DNA from: Elainellaceae cyanobacterium
GTDB taxonomy: Bacteria > Cyanobacteriota > Cyanobacteriia > CAZCXK01
NCBI GenBank assembly: GCA_051117555.1
Contig: JBNPEG010000017.1
Location: 23,763-87,762, forward strand
Reading direction: 5' to 3'
Length of the DNA: 64,000 nt
Shown here: positions 29,178-39,990 of the stretch, piece after piece
Position numbering within the stretch: the stretch's first letter is position 1
Layout of the letters: each line of letters starts with the position of its first letter
Program-made: the position numbers and the translations under genes
The notes under the pieces: model-generated
Seen by the model: only the letters and a program-made list of their open reading frames with translations
Told to the model about the DNA's origin: nothing
Database searches by the model: none

Positions 29178-30794
29178 CTACCGGCGCGATCGCCGTTTAG
29201 GATTCACCGTTATCGAGGTGAGCGCCTGACGAATATAATCCATCGTAATTTGGGGAGCTTGGTCAGTCGCCGCCGCTAGAGCCGCCTCAAGGGCGATCGC
29301 ACGAATCGTTCCTCCAGTCAGGCTGTAGTTTTGAGCCAGAGCCTTCCAGTCGATATCCTGACTGATAGGTGCTTCAGGTGGAAATGCGTGCTTCCAGAGC
29401 ATCAGACGGGCAGACGCATCAGGCACCGGAAAATTGAGCGTCCACCGAGCTTGCCGTCGCCAATGAAGACTGACTGCTTCAATCATGCGGACGCTAAATA
29501 GGGTTAATCGACCCAGACGATGGCGCTGAGTTAGAAACTGATTTAGCGAGGCAATGGGGAGAGAAGCAGAACGCTTCAACCACAGCTCAGCAGACTTGAT
29601 CAACAGCACGTCGGGCTGCTGCGTTGTCAGCTCTCGCAGGACGGAAGACGTATTATCCACGTCTACATGAGCTAAATCGAGCCAATGGAGCGGATGTTGG
29701 AGAGTATGGGCGATCGCCCGCGCCGCCGTGGTTTTTCCAGTGCCTGATGATCCGACCAAAATTGCAAATGCACCAATCTGCGGTGCGTTAGCCCCATCGT
29801 TTGCAAACCCCCATTCCTGATCGACGATCGGTTGAGCCTGCGTGCGCTGGCAGATCGCACGCAGAGTTGTTTTTAAGTCGGCGGGTACGATCACGTCTGA
29901 CCACTTGACTGATGTGGCTTCATCGACTGACAGCCACGACAATGCAGTTCCTGATCGGATCAAATGATTTGCAACGGGAGGCTGAATAATGGGCGGCACG
30001 TCGAGCAGTCGAGGATTGGGTTGAGCCCCACGGATATGCTCGCCAACTGGATTTTGAGGGGCGATCCATTGAGGTAGCGTCGATGATTGATTCAGAAGCG
30101 CCTCTAGATCGGCTGGAGTTGGCTTGTCTGCTAGCAAATAGTTAACAAGAAATTTAGACGATTTAATATCAGCATTTAGCATCGTGTCAGGCGATGCGGG
30201 GAGCAGCGTGAGGAGATTTCGCTGCACCAACACCGAATCTGCGATGAGATAGCGGCGCGCCTTGCGCCATTCGCTGTCATTGCGACACAAAAGTCGCAGT
30301 ACGAGATCAACCGTTGGCAAGTCGGTCTGAGTGGCATCTTCGCCTTGAAGATATCGATAAATGCGGGCATAGCGGCGATTTACCTCGGGCGCAAGGCTCA
30401 TCAAGATGATGTTTTTCTCAACAATTGACAGATTGAGGCGATCGCGCAGAGCCGGTAACGCCAAAACAACGCCATTTGTGTGGCTAATTTGAATCCGAGC
30501 ATCGAGCTGCTGCTGATAATTTCCCTTCGTTCGAGCCGATCCGGATGACGTGCGGTGTTCATCATAGGAGGCCGTTCCCTCAAGCGATACGACTCCTTTC
30601 CACCAGTGGCTAGAGATGCGATCGGCACGGGACTGAATCACACGATCGAGTTGTCTGGTATCTTGGCGTTGTCGTGCGACTGCTACCATCAATACCCGAT
30701 CTAACCAATTAAGCTCTGTCTTTAAGTAAGACCAATTATCGGCAAATCCGGTGGGCTGATGAGTGGCCATAGCGCAGTCGATAGGGATAAGCAA
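29178..30794 (-). CDS. AAA-family ATPase-like protein with a degenerate Walker B
   Basis: Walker A GSSGTGKT and FPVPD...R..LW. The Walker B region reads VLLIKSAE. Start is probably 30770. Confidence 0.8.
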   Translation of the reverse strand: MLIPIDCAMATHQPTGFADNWSYLKTELNWLDRVLMVAVARQRQDTRQLDRVIQSRADRISSHWWKGVVSLEGTASYDEHRTSSGSARTKGNYQQQLDARIQISHTNGVVLALPALRDRLNLSIVEKNIILMSLAPEVNRRYARIYRYLQGEDATQTDLPTVDLVLRLLCRNDSEWRKARRYLIADSVLVQRNLLTLLPASPDTMLNADIKSSKFLVNYLLADKPTPADLEALLNQSSTLPQWIAPQNPVGEHIRGAQPNPRLLDVPPIIQPPVANHLIRSGTALSWLSVDEATSVKWSDVIVPADLKTTLRAICQRTQAQPIVDQEWGFANDGANAPQIGAFAILVGSSGTGKTTAARAIAHTLQHPLHWLDLAHVDVDNTSSVLRELTTQQPDVLLIKSAELWLKRSASLPIASLNQFLTQRHRLGRLTLFSVRMIEAVSLHWRRQARWTLNFPVPDASARLMLWKHAFPPEAPISQDIDWKALAQNYSLTGGTIRAIALEAALAAATDQAPQITMDYIRQALTSITVNPKRRSRR

Positions 30795-30809
30795 CGGTGG
30801 ATAGACAAC

Positions 30810-31259
30810 TTAAGGTTGCTCGCCTACTCTCCCGATCACGCGAATAAATTCAAGGGGTAAACCATCGGCATCTGCAAGGAACGCAACTTCATAGATGCGA
30901 TCGCCAATGATTTGTTGAGTAGGCTGTAGCAGGATAGTCAATGGCGAAATTTCATCGGAGGCTTGCGCCATGTCGTGAAACCGCTGTTTTAGGCGATCAA
31001 GCCATTGAGGCAGAGCATTGGTCTGATAGGTCAGATCAAATGACAGGTGATAATACCCAGTGTAATGCTCGTCGCCAAAAGCATCTGCTGCCGGACGCGG
31101 TTGAGGAACTTGGAGCAGCTCGATTCGCCCTCCCAATCCCTCCATCCAGCAAGCAAGAGTAATACCCGCTGTAAAGCGTTCATACACCGTAAACCCTAAC
31201 TGCTCATAGAAAGCGATCGCCCGATAAATATCAGCAGTGCGAATAGAAGCATGATGCAT
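30810..31259 (-). CDS. VOC/glyoxalase family protein
   Basis: MHHASIRT..FYEQLGF, GYYHLSF, DADGLPLE. Confidence 0.9.
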   Translation of the reverse strand: MHHASIRTADIYRAIAFYEQLGFTVYERFTAGITLACWMEGLGGRIELLQVPQPRPAADAFGDEHYTGYYHLSFDLTYQTNALPQWLDRLKQRFHDMAQASDEISPLTILLQPTQQIIGDRIYEVAFLADADGLPLEFIRVIGRVGEQP

Positions 31260-31306
31260 AATGCAGGCTCATCGAGGCACGGTAGCGCCCTACTTTATCA
31301 ACCTAA

Positions 31307-31816
31307 TTATTCGAACAAGCGAAAGTATGGATATCGAACGGGCGCTCCAGGTTCTTTTTCTAAATCAAAATTAATCACATTCCAACAGGGTTCAGTATCC
31401 GAATCGGGACTAAACTCAACAGGCAGTCCATAGAGACGAGGACGCTGAGCGTCAGACTGCCCACGCCAGGGAGCGCTCCGCTCTAAGTAGGTACTAATCA
31501 AGTCTTTATAGCGGCGTGCAATAATCACACGAGTTGCTCGATATCCCTGAGTGTAGAGGCGATCGAGTGCCTCATGAATTTCAAACCGAATGCCATCTGG
31601 ATGGGTATGCTGGCGATACCAATTATCGTCCCACTGACGCCAATGCCGCCCTGACTGAAGATGAACGAGTTCTCCAGTCTCTGGATCGGCCTCAAATGCG
31701 CCATGTCGGGGACACAAATAGGTGTCTGTTAAAGTCAATGCCGGAATGGTCTGGCGACAGTGAGGACACTGAATCTCCGGCCCGAATATTGGATATTGCA
31801 GAGCTGCGTTAATCAT
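31307..31816 (-). CDS. TIGR02652 family protein
   Basis: YPIFGPEIQCPHCRQTIPALTLTDTYLCPRHG. Confidence 0.9.
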   Translation of the reverse strand: MINAALQYPIFGPEIQCPHCRQTIPALTLTDTYLCPRHGAFEADPETGELVHLQSGRHWRQWDDNWYRQHTHPDGIRFEIHEALDRLYTQGYRATRVIIARRYKDLISTYLERSAPWRGQSDAQRPRLYGLPVEFSPDSDTEPCWNVINFDLEKEPGAPVRYPYFRLFE

Positions 31817-32008
31817 GAAACCTTATGCCAGCATGTTCGCCATGTTACCCGCGCCAGTGGCTTTATTATAACCGTCGCAGGGTCAGAAACAGATTTCCGT
31901 CCTAGATCTGACAGGAATCCTAAAGAGATGATAGACATAGTGTGTGAAAGTGCATGACCGCTTTCATGGCAATTCTACGAGCATATCGCCAATCATTCAG
32001 GGATAATC

Positions 32009-32572
32009 GTGCCTAATCTTCAGCAATTTCATCAATCATTGATTCCAACTCCACCTTTTTGGTCGCCGCCCGACTTGTCTAAGGCTGCCTTTGTCGCTGC
32101 CAATGCGACTGTTATAGGTCAAGTAGAGGTCAAACGTGGTGCTAGCATTTGGTACACAGCGGTGGTTCGCGGAGACGTAGAGCGAATTGTCATCGGCGCA
32201 TGCACCAATATTCAAGATGGTGCGATTCTTCACGGCGATCCGGGCAAGCCAACCATTTTGGAAGACGATGTAACAATTGGGCATCGGGCTGTGATTCATA
32301 GCGCCCATATCGAGCAAGGCAGCCTGATTGGAATTGGTGCCATCGTGCTAGACGGGGTGCGGGTCGGTGCAGGAAGCGTCATCGGAGCAGGCGCAGTGGT
32401 GACCAAAGATGTGCCTGAGCGATCGCTCGTGGTTGGGGTGCCTGGAAAGGTGTTACGCCAGATTTCTGATGACGAAGCGACTGATTTGATCGAGCATGCC
32501 AAGAAATATGAAAAGCTGGCGCGAGTGCATGCAGGACACGGAACAGATTTAGGATTTGGGCTAAAGGGTTGA
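32009..32572 (+). CDS. Gamma carbonic anhydrase family protein
   Basis: Hexapeptide repeats, RGD, NIQDG..LH, TIGH.A.IH. Confidence 0.92.
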   Translation: MPNLQQFHQSLIPTPPFWSPPDLSKAAFVAANATVIGQVEVKRGASIWYTAVVRGDVERIVIGACTNIQDGAILHGDPGKPTILEDDVTIGHRAVIHSAHIEQGSLIGIGAIVLDGVRVGAGSVIGAGAVVTKDVPERSLVVGVPGKVLRQISDDEATDLIEHAKKYEKLARVHAGHGTDLGFGLKG

Positions 32573-32585
32573 CACCCCAGGTTCC

Positions 32586-33698
32586 TTAATCCGTCAATCC
32601 TTGCAATTCTAAATCGGGCACGTCCACCCATTGACCCGATTGGCTCGATTCGTGGGTCAAATCCATTAAAAGTTGAGAATAGACGCCCTCTTGCAGGGAG
32701 GGTGCCGATTCTTTGCCCTGATCGATGCATCGAATCCAATGATCAACTACTCGCACAAACGGCGCAAGCCGACCATCTTTATAGACTTGAGGAAAGCGCA
32801 GATGCTCGGGAATGGCGATTTCTGTTAGAGGATTGCCTTCTCGACTCGTCCAGAGACGAAAGCCATGAATATAATCCTTCGGATTATCATTGCCGAGTAC
32901 GACGGTGCCGCGATCGCCATAGACTTCGATCCAATGCCCTCGCCCTTGATAGGTCACGGCGCTGAGAGTCACCTGACACGGAGTACCGTCTTCTAAATCA
33001 AGCATGATGCGGCATGTATCGTCTGCATCAACGGGCTTTTGTTCGCCTGTTGCCGGATCGGGTCGCGTTGGAATAGTTGTACTCAGCGACCCACATAACC
33101 GGCGCACTGGACCAAACAACCAAGGCACATAGTCAAACAGATGAGAGCCAATCGAACCGAGTGCGCCACCGCCTTTTTCCTGTTGAGAATACCAGTCCCA
33201 CGGGCGTTCAGGATTAGCACGACTTGCTCCCATCCAATCGATTTTAATGAGCCGCTTTCTGCCAACAAATTCTTCAGCTAATAGTCTGGCAAAGTGCTGC
33301 CATGCCGGAACATAGCGAAACTCAAAATCAACGACGCCAACCACGCCTTGCTTAGCAGCGAGCGTATAAAGTTCCTGCGCTTCAGTTACAGATAAGGTTG
33401 TCGGCTTTTCTATCAGCACATGCTTTCCGGCATTGATCGCAGTTTTTGCCATCGAGTAATGCAGAAAGGGAGGCGTCGAAATACTGACCGCTTTGACTTC
33501 AGGGAGCGCCACAATTTGCTCGACGGTTTCACAGGCATAGGGAATCTTATTGGCTTCTGCGATCGCCCGTGCCTTATCTAAATTTCGATGATAAACGGCT
33601 AGCACTTGAGTTCTTGGATGAATTTGGAACCCAGGAATATGAATTTTTTGACCAAATCCAGTGCCAATAACCGCAATACCCAGAGGAGATTGAGCCAT
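32586..33698 (-). CDS. Gfo/Idh/MocA oxidoreductase
   Basis: GTGFG, GKHVLIEKP, GGGAL..IGSH..D. Start trimmed to MAQSP. Confidence 0.92.
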   Translation of the reverse strand: MAQSPLGIAVIGTGFGQKIHIPGFQIHPRTQVLAVYHRNLDKARAIAEANKIPYACETVEQIVALPEVKAVSISTPPFLHYSMAKTAINAGKHVLIEKPTTLSVTEAQELYTLAAKQGVVGVVDFEFRYVPAWQHFARLLAEEFVGRKRLIKIDWMGASRANPERPWDWYSQQEKGGGALGSIGSHLFDYVPWLFGPVRRLCGSLSTTIPTRPDPATGEQKPVDADDTCRIMLDLEDGTPCQVTLSAVTYQGRGHWIEVYGDRGTVVLGNDNPKDYIHGFRLWTSREGNPLTEIAIPEHLRFPQVYKDGRLAPFVRVVDHWIRCIDQGKESAPSLQEGVYSQLLMDLTHESSQSGQWVDVPDLELQGLTD

Positions 33699-34124
33699 AG
33701 TCAAAATCAAAGAAACGTGTGACGACAGCAATAAACGCTGCCTACTTGTTAGCCTACAGGGCGATCGCCTCTTTGCACATCTAGAGATGGGCAGAAAGAG
33801 CCATGACGTTTGTCTCGGTCAATTCACGACGTCTGTCTCATGCCAACGAGAGGCGAGCTTGATAGAGTCGATATAAGACTGATGGACTGGATACGGTTTC
33901 AACGGGCGTCAAACAGGCATCCAATATCTTCACCTGATTGGATGAGCCAGAAGCAGGTGGCGGCCTAGCCGGGCACAGACTATAGTTGAGGCGATATGTA
34001 GAGGCATCTGTAAATAGCGTAGTGTGACGTGGCGATCGCCTGCCCCTTGGCCCCCTCTCCGCAGAGCAATAATCTAGGGTACATCATCTTCATTTAGAAC
34101 TCCCCACTATTTGTTGTTCTATTC

Positions 34125-34142
34125 GTTCAGAAATTGCTGAAC
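34125..34142. promoter_or_regulatory. Putative operator of the downstream GbsR/MarR regulator
   Basis: Perfect inverted repeat GTTCAG-N6-CTGAAC, about 60 bp before the gene. Confidence 0.55.
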
Positions 34143-34203
34143 ATTCAAAATTTGTTGTGTTAGATTAGATGGAGATGGTTGTGTAACAAGTTATTGAGCC
34201 CCA

Positions 34204-34689
34204 TTGAATAGTCCCTCACCTAAGGAAAACCAAAATTTCGAGCCGACCTTCTTCGTCGAAGAAATTGGGTTGATGTTCGAAATGGTAGGCATGCCGCGTA
34301 TGGCTGGGCGCATCTTGGGATGGCTGCTCATTTCTGATCCGCCTCAGCAGTCGAGTGGTGATCTATCCAACGTTCTTCAAGCCAGCAAAGGCTCAATTAG
34401 TAGCATGACCCGTCTTCTAATCCAGATTGGATTAATCGAGCGCATCAGCTTACCAGGGCGACGGCGAGATTACTTTCAAATCAAGCCTAACGCTTGGTCG
34501 CAGATGACAAAGCAGCGAGTCGAACAAATTGCGGCATTTCGGCAGTTGGCAGAAAAGGGGCTCGATCTGCTTCACGATGCTCCTCCTCCCCTTAAGCAGC
34601 GGCTTCGAGAAATGCGCGATATTCATGCATTTTGGGAGCGAGAATTGCCGTTGCTCCATGCCCGATGGGAGCAAGAGCACCAGCAATAA
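34204..34689 (+). CDS. GbsR/MarR family regulator
   Basis: GMPRMAGRILGWLL...SKGSIS...PGRRRDYF. Confidence 0.9.
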   Translation: MNSPSPKENQNFEPTFFVEEIGLMFEMVGMPRMAGRILGWLLISDPPQQSSGDLSNVLQASKGSISSMTRLLIQIGLIERISLPGRRRDYFQIKPNAWSQMTKQRVEQIAAFRQLAEKGLDLLHDAPPPLKQRLREMRDIHAFWERELPLLHARWEQEHQQ

Positions 34690-34749
34690 ATTGTGAAGAG
34701 TTTTGTCGCCACGATTTAATTACTGCTTAGCACTTAGATTCAGACCACC

Positions 34750-36114
34750 ATGCAATTTCCTCTAATTGGCAAAATTAAGCGCCCGCTTCCGTGGGTCATC
34801 GCTCTCGTGGCGGTTGGCGTCGTGGGAGCCGGAGCAGTATCATTCATACTCATTCGCGCCCAGAGAAATGACATCGACATCGCAGAGCTCACGGTTCCAG
34901 TTGAATCGCAACCTCTCGGAGTTCGGATTACGGCAAGCGGGACAGTGCAGCCAATTGATACCGTTAATCTCAGTCCACGAACGTCTGATTTAGTTGCCGA
35001 ACTCTACGTTGAACAGGGCGATCGCGTCTCTCAAGGTCAAGTGGTTGCCCGTATGAAGAGCAACAGTGTCGAGGCAGAACTCACCCAAGCGAGGGCTAGA
35101 GTGGTTCAGTGGCAAGCCGAAGTCGCAGAGCTTCGGAACGGCACCCGCCCTGAAGACATCGCTCAAGGTCGCGCCCAGGTCGAACGAGCAGATGCGGTGG
35201 TCGCAGAGGCGGAGGCTCGCCTCGAACTCGCGACCGATCGCCTAAATCGCAATCGAGTGCTTCAAGAGGAAGGCGCAATTTCTAGAGACGATATTGATGC
35301 GGCTGCTGAAGAGGCAGAACGGGCGCGAGCCAATCTTGAGCAAAATCGCGCGAGCTTGCGTGAGGCGCAGGAAAATTTGAGGCTGTTACAGCGTGGCAGT
35401 CGCGCAGAAGACATTGCCCAGGCAGAGGCGCAACTGGCTCAGGCCCAAGGCAACTTGCAAGCCGTCGAAGTGCAGTACGATGACACGTTTATCCGGGCTC
35501 CGTTTGATGGCATCATTACTCAGAAATATGCGACCGAAGGCGCATTTGTGACCCCAACTACTTCGGCGTCAGAGGCATCGTCTGCAACCTCATCTGCCAT
35601 CGTGGCGATCGCCAGCGGCTTAGAAGTGTTGACGGAAGTGCCTGAAGTTGATATCAGTCGCATCCGCCAAGGTCAACCCGTCGAAATTGTGGCCGATGCC
35701 TATCCCGATCAGGTGTTTGAGGGGCGCGTGAAGCGGATTGCCCCGCAAGCGATTGAAGACCCGAGTCGGGGCGACTTTGTTTACTTTGAGGTAACGGTCG
35801 AATTGATCACGGGTGAGGATCAGCTGATGTCGGGCATTCAAACGGATGTCACCTTTATTGGAGACGAGGTCAGCGGCGCGATGGTGGTTCCAGCCGTTGC
35901 CGTCGTTCGAGTAGATGGTCAGCAAGGGGTGCTGCTCCCCGACGAAAATGACCGCCCGCGATTTCAACCCGTTACCCTCGGCCCTCAAGTCGGCAACGAG
36001 ATTCAAATCTTAGAAGGCGTTGATCCGGGCGATCGCATCTTTGTCGAACTGCCTGAGGGAACCACCCTAGAAAATTTGAACTTTGGACGACGCGATCAGG
36101 AGGGTGAGGAATAA
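34750..36114 (+). CDS. Efflux periplasmic adaptor (MacA/HlyD-like)
   Basis: TM anchor, ASGTV, coiled coil, IRAPFDG. Confidence 0.92.
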   Translation: MQFPLIGKIKRPLPWVIALVAVGVVGAGAVSFILIRAQRNDIDIAELTVPVESQPLGVRITASGTVQPIDTVNLSPRTSDLVAELYVEQGDRVSQGQVVARMKSNSVEAELTQARARVVQWQAEVAELRNGTRPEDIAQGRAQVERADAVVAEAEARLELATDRLNRNRVLQEEGAISRDDIDAAAEEAERARANLEQNRASLREAQENLRLLQRGSRAEDIAQAEAQLAQAQGNLQAVEVQYDDTFIRAPFDGIITQKYATEGAFVTPTTSASEASSATSSAIVAIASGLEVLTEVPEVDISRIRQGQPVEIVADAYPDQVFEGRVKRIAPQAIEDPSRGDFVYFEVTVELITGEDQLMSGIQTDVTFIGDEVSGAMVVPAVAVVRVDGQQGVLLPDENDRPRFQPVTLGPQVGNEIQILEGVDPGDRIFVELPEGTTLENLNFGRRDQEGEE

Positions 36115-36116
36115 GG

Positions 36117-37334
36117 ATGGATTTGACTGAAAGTCTCAAAATGGCGGTTAAAACCCTCACCGCAAATAAGCTGCGCAGTAGCTTGACGATGTTGGGAATC
36201 ATCATTGGCAATGCGTCGGTGATTGCAATGGTGGGCGTGGGGCAAGGGGCTCAAAAATATGTTACTGACCAGATCGAAGGACTCGGTCCCAATGTGCTGT
36301 TTATCGTGCCGGGAAATCAGGAAACCCAGCGAGCCACGTTTAACGTGCCCAAAACTCTCGTTTTATCGGATGCAGAGGCGATCGCAGAGCAGGTTCCCTC
36401 CGTGCAAGAGGTTGCACCCGAATTCAACGATCGAGGATTGGTGACTCGCGGTAGCCGCAATACCAATTCGACCATCATCGGGACGACACCGGGGTTTCCA
36501 GTTGTTCGCAACTTCGAACTGCAGGAAGGTCGCTTTTTCAGCGAATTAGACATGCGACGCAGCAATCCAGTGGCGGTTTTGGGCCCCGAACTTGCCGATC
36601 GCCTCATGGATAATCGTGACCCCGTGGGTCAGCAAATTCGCATTAAAAATGTCAGCTTTCAGGTGATCGGCGTCTTAGACGAAAAAGGGTCAAATCTCGG
36701 TGTTAACTACGACAACGCCGTAATTGTGCCGCTGATGACGATGGCCAATCGACTAGTAGGGCGCACCTCGCCCTACGGCATCGAACTCACCTACATCAGC
36801 GTGTCTGTAGATCAACAAACCAACATGGATGCTGCGAGGTTTCAAATCGCCAATCTGCTGCGGTTGCGTCACAAAATCGTCGGGGAAGATGATTTTACGA
36901 TCAACAGTCAGCAAGATTTGTTAGAAGTCACCGGCACCATTACCGGCGCACTCACGATCATGTTGGCGGCGATCGCCGGAATTTCTCTCTTCGTGGGCGG
37001 CATTGGCATCATGAATATCATGCTGGTTTCTGTCAAAGAACGCACTCAGGAAATTGGCCTGAGAAAAGCGATCGGCGCGTCTCAGAAAGATATTTTGGTG
37101 CAATTCATGATCGAGGCAATTATTCTTGCTGCAACAGGTGGGTTAGTCGGCACAGGACTAGGCATTACCGGCACCCTCCTAATTGGAATAGCAACACCGT
37201 TTCAACCCGGCATCTCTGTCACCGCCGCAGGCGTTGCTGTGATTGTCTCTGGCGGAATCGGGCTCTTCTTTGGTGTCGTGCCTGCTCGCCAAGCCGCCAA
37301 GCTCGACCCAATCGTAGCGCTCAGAAGCGCTTAG
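36117..37334 (+). CDS. ABC transporter permease (MacB/FtsX type)
   Basis: RSSLTMLGIIIG and GGIGIMNIMLVSVKERTQEIGLRKAIGA. Confidence 0.95.
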   Translation: MDLTESLKMAVKTLTANKLRSSLTMLGIIIGNASVIAMVGVGQGAQKYVTDQIEGLGPNVLFIVPGNQETQRATFNVPKTLVLSDAEAIAEQVPSVQEVAPEFNDRGLVTRGSRNTNSTIIGTTPGFPVVRNFELQEGRFFSELDMRRSNPVAVLGPELADRLMDNRDPVGQQIRIKNVSFQVIGVLDEKGSNLGVNYDNAVIVPLMTMANRLVGRTSPYGIELTYISVSVDQQTNMDAARFQIANLLRLRHKIVGEDDFTINSQQDLLEVTGTITGALTIMLAAIAGISLFVGGIGIMNIMLVSVKERTQEIGLRKAIGASQKDILVQFMIEAIILAATGGLVGTGLGITGTLLIGIATPFQPGISVTAAGVAVIVSGGIGLFFGVVPARQAAKLDPIVALRSA

Positions 37335-37422
37335 GGACTCGCTTAGCGATAAGCAAGGACTCTGTAAAAAAAAAGCCGTTTGCCCACCCCTCTCCCATCC
37401 ACCCCTCTCCCATCCACTCTCC

Positions 37423-38142
37423 ATGTCTCAAACCATCATTCGTCTTGAAACCATTTTCAAAATCTATGGATCTGGCAATACCGAGGTGCGAGCCTTGTCA
37501 GACGTTAATCTAACCGTCGAAGAGGGGGAATATTGCGCCATCATGGGGCCGTCAGGGTCGGGTAAGTCGACCGTCATGAATATCATCGGCTGCCTCGATC
37601 GCCCAACAAAAGGCCGATACTATCTGGATGGCGTTGATGTTGCCCATCTGGATGACACCGAACTGGCTCACATCCGAAATCGCAAAATTGGATTTGTGTT
37701 TCAGCAATTTCATTTGCTGCCGCAGTTGACAGCTGTTGAGAATGTCATGCTGCCGATGGTATATGGCGGAGTGTCGTCGGATGAACGGCACGATCGCGCG
37801 GCTGAAGCCCTCACTCGTGTTGGACTAGGAAATCGCCTCAATAACCGTCCTACTCAACTCTCAGGGGGGCAACAACAGCGGGTGGCGATCGCCCGCGCTA
37901 TTGTCAATCGTCCGGTGTTGTTGCTGGCCGACGAACCTACGGGCGCACTTGACACCCACACCACTCAAGAAGTGATGGGTATTTTTGCGGAGCTAAACGC
38001 AAGCGGCATCACGGTCGTAATGGTCACGCATGAAGCAGAAGTGGCTCGACTCACGCAGCGAATCGTTTGGTTTCGGGATGGTGAAGTGATGCACCATCAC
38101 CTTGCACCCACCGAAATTGCCCAGGTCGCGTTGGCAACTTAA
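37423..38142 (+). CDS. ABC transporter ATP-binding protein (LolD/MacB type)
   Basis: [27 protein letters not shown]. Confidence 0.95.
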   Translation: MSQTIIRLETIFKIYGSGNTEVRALSDVNLTVEEGEYCAIMGPSGSGKSTVMNIIGCLDRPTKGRYYLDGVDVAHLDDTELAHIRNRKIGFVFQQFHLLPQLTAVENVMLPMVYGGVSSDERHDRAAEALTRVGLGNRLNNRPTQLSGGQQQRVAIARAIVNRPVLLLADEPTGALDTHTTQEVMGIFAELNASGITVVMVTHEAEVARLTQRIVWFRDGEVMHHHLAPTEIAQVALAT

Positions 38143-38184
38143 TGGCATTTTTAATGTAGCATGTTGTAGTATGCCGAGTAATGC

Positions 38185-39135
38185 ATGGCTATGATGTCTC
38201 AAATTGCTCCGACGCGTCCGCGTGAAGCAACTGCTTTAGTTGCCTATGATTTATGGAAACTGTATCGCGATCGCCCCGTTGTTCAGGGCGTCAACTTTTC
38301 GCTAAATTCGGGTGAAATTTTGGGGCTACTCGGTCCAAACGGAGCGGGTAAAACGACTACGGTTGGAATGCTCTACGGGGCGGTCGTCCCGAGTCGAGGA
38401 TTTGTCCGTCTGGGGAACCTCGACGTGCAGGGGAACGGGCATCGAGCCCGAAACCACATGGGTATCGTTACCCAGGAAGATAATCTCGACCCCGATTTTT
38501 CGGTGTTTGACAATTTAACCTTCTTTGCTCACCATTATCGAATTCACGGCAAAGCAGCTCGACAGCGAGCCGGAGAACTGCTGGCTCAATTGGGGCTTGA
38601 CGAGTATGCTCACCGTCAAATTGATGAGCTATCAGGCGGGCTAAAGCGGCGATTGGTGTTAGCACGCGCCCTCATCAATGACCCGCTCGTGGTGTTTCTC
38701 GATGAACCGACGACTGGCCTTGATCCCGATGCCCGCCAAGAATTTTGGAAACTCGTCCTCGACCTCAAGCAACAGGGATGTGGAGTATTGCTCACAACCC
38801 ACTATATGGATGAAGCTCAGCGATTGTGCGATCGCCTCTTATTGCTTCAGCAAGGCACCGTCATTGATGAGGGAACGCCGCTGGATCTGATTAAGCGCAC
38901 TGTCGGCAGCGAAGTCATCGAAATAGAGGGCGTCGATGAGTCTCAACTCCAAACATTGGCAACGCAAGCGAATACCTGGTGTCGCTCGTTTGGAAAGGGC
39001 TATCTGCTAGCACTCCCTGCCGATCCTGACCCGCTCTGGCACCAGCTCAGCGCCCTCCCATCTGTTCGACTCAACCGACGTTCCGCCAATCTCGAAGATG
39101 TATTCCTTCGCTTAACTGGGAGAATGCTGGAATGA
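38185..39135 (+). CDS. ABC transporter ATP-binding protein (NodI-like)
   Basis: GPNGAGKTT, LSGGLKRR, LDEPTTGLD, TTHYMDEA. Confidence 0.93.
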   Translation: MAMMSQIAPTRPREATALVAYDLWKLYRDRPVVQGVNFSLNSGEILGLLGPNGAGKTTTVGMLYGAVVPSRGFVRLGNLDVQGNGHRARNHMGIVTQEDNLDPDFSVFDNLTFFAHHYRIHGKAARQRAGELLAQLGLDEYAHRQIDELSGGLKRRLVLARALINDPLVVFLDEPTTGLDPDARQEFWKLVLDLKQQGCGVLLTTHYMDEAQRLCDRLLLLQQGTVIDEGTPLDLIKRTVGSEVIEIEGVDESQLQTLATQANTWCRSFGKGYLLALPADPDPLWHQLSALPSVRLNRRSANLEDVFLRLTGRMLE

Positions 39136-39911
39136 AATATCCAATGATTACACCGTGGGGTGTGTACTCGGTTTGGCATCGCCATGCGAGAGTCTACCAA
39201 CGTACCTGGCTCGTCAATTTCTTGCCTCCCATTTCAGAACCGATTGTCTACTTGATTGCCTTTGGATACGGCTTGACTCCCTTAGTAGGCGAGGTCATCT
39301 ACAACGGTCAAGCCGTTTCGTATCTAGAGTTCATCGCTCCCGGAATGATTGCACTGGGTGTCTTATTCCAATCTTTCTTTGAAGGCGCCTTTGGCAGCTT
39401 TATCCGGCTTAATTTTCAACGAACATGGCATGCCCTTTTAACGGCTCCTCTCAGCTTTTCCGAGGTGTTTGTAGGAGATTGGCTATGGGCTGCAACCAAA
39501 GGCATGATTGCGGGCAGCTTGACCGGACTGGTCGCCGTTGTTTGGGGGCTGTATTCAGGGTGGACACTGCTCGGCTCCATTCCCTTTATGTTTCTCGGAA
39601 GTCTGCTATTTGGCGGGATGGGGTTATTGACTGCCGGAGCTGTACGCCGAGTTGATCAAATCAATGTGCCGATTTTTGTTGTGATCATTCCCATGTTTAC
39701 CCTGTGCGGGACGTATTTTCCGCGCGATACCCTCCCACCCGTCTTAGAAAATATCGCGAGTGTGCTGCCATTAGCGCCGCTAGTAGACTTGTTACGCTGG
39801 CATATGGGATTACCGCCATTCTGGTGGCTCAGTTTGATTTGGCTAGTCGGGTTGATGGCACTGTGTGTTGCGCTAGCCGTTCGAGTCATCTATCCCCAGC
39901 TTATTCGTTGA
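39132..39911 (+). CDS. ABC-2 permease (NodJ-like)
   Basis: Six TM segments, YLEFIAPG. ATGA overlap with the previous gene. Confidence 0.9.
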   Translation: MKYPMITPWGVYSVWHRHARVYQRTWLVNFLPPISEPIVYLIAFGYGLTPLVGEVIYNGQAVSYLEFIAPGMIALGVLFQSFFEGAFGSFIRLNFQRTWHALLTAPLSFSEVFVGDWLWAATKGMIAGSLTGLVAVVWGLYSGWTLLGSIPFMFLGSLLFGGMGLLTAGAVRRVDQINVPIFVVIIPMFTLCGTYFPRDTLPPVLENIASVLPLAPLVDLLRWHMGLPPFWWLSLIWLVGLMALCVALAVRVIYPQLIR

Positions 39912-39990
39912 CGATGGGTGCTCTGTGATCCCAAAAGATAGTAGAGTAAAGCAACGCACGATTTGTATAGCCACCCACGCGTAACGGCAC

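Noticed and set aside
33732..34080. Possible structured RNA (GGTTTCAACGGG resembles the tmRNA 5' region)
   Set aside because: No GGGGC 5' end, tag ORF or tRNA-like 3' end, and no RNase P or 6S hallmarks recognised.
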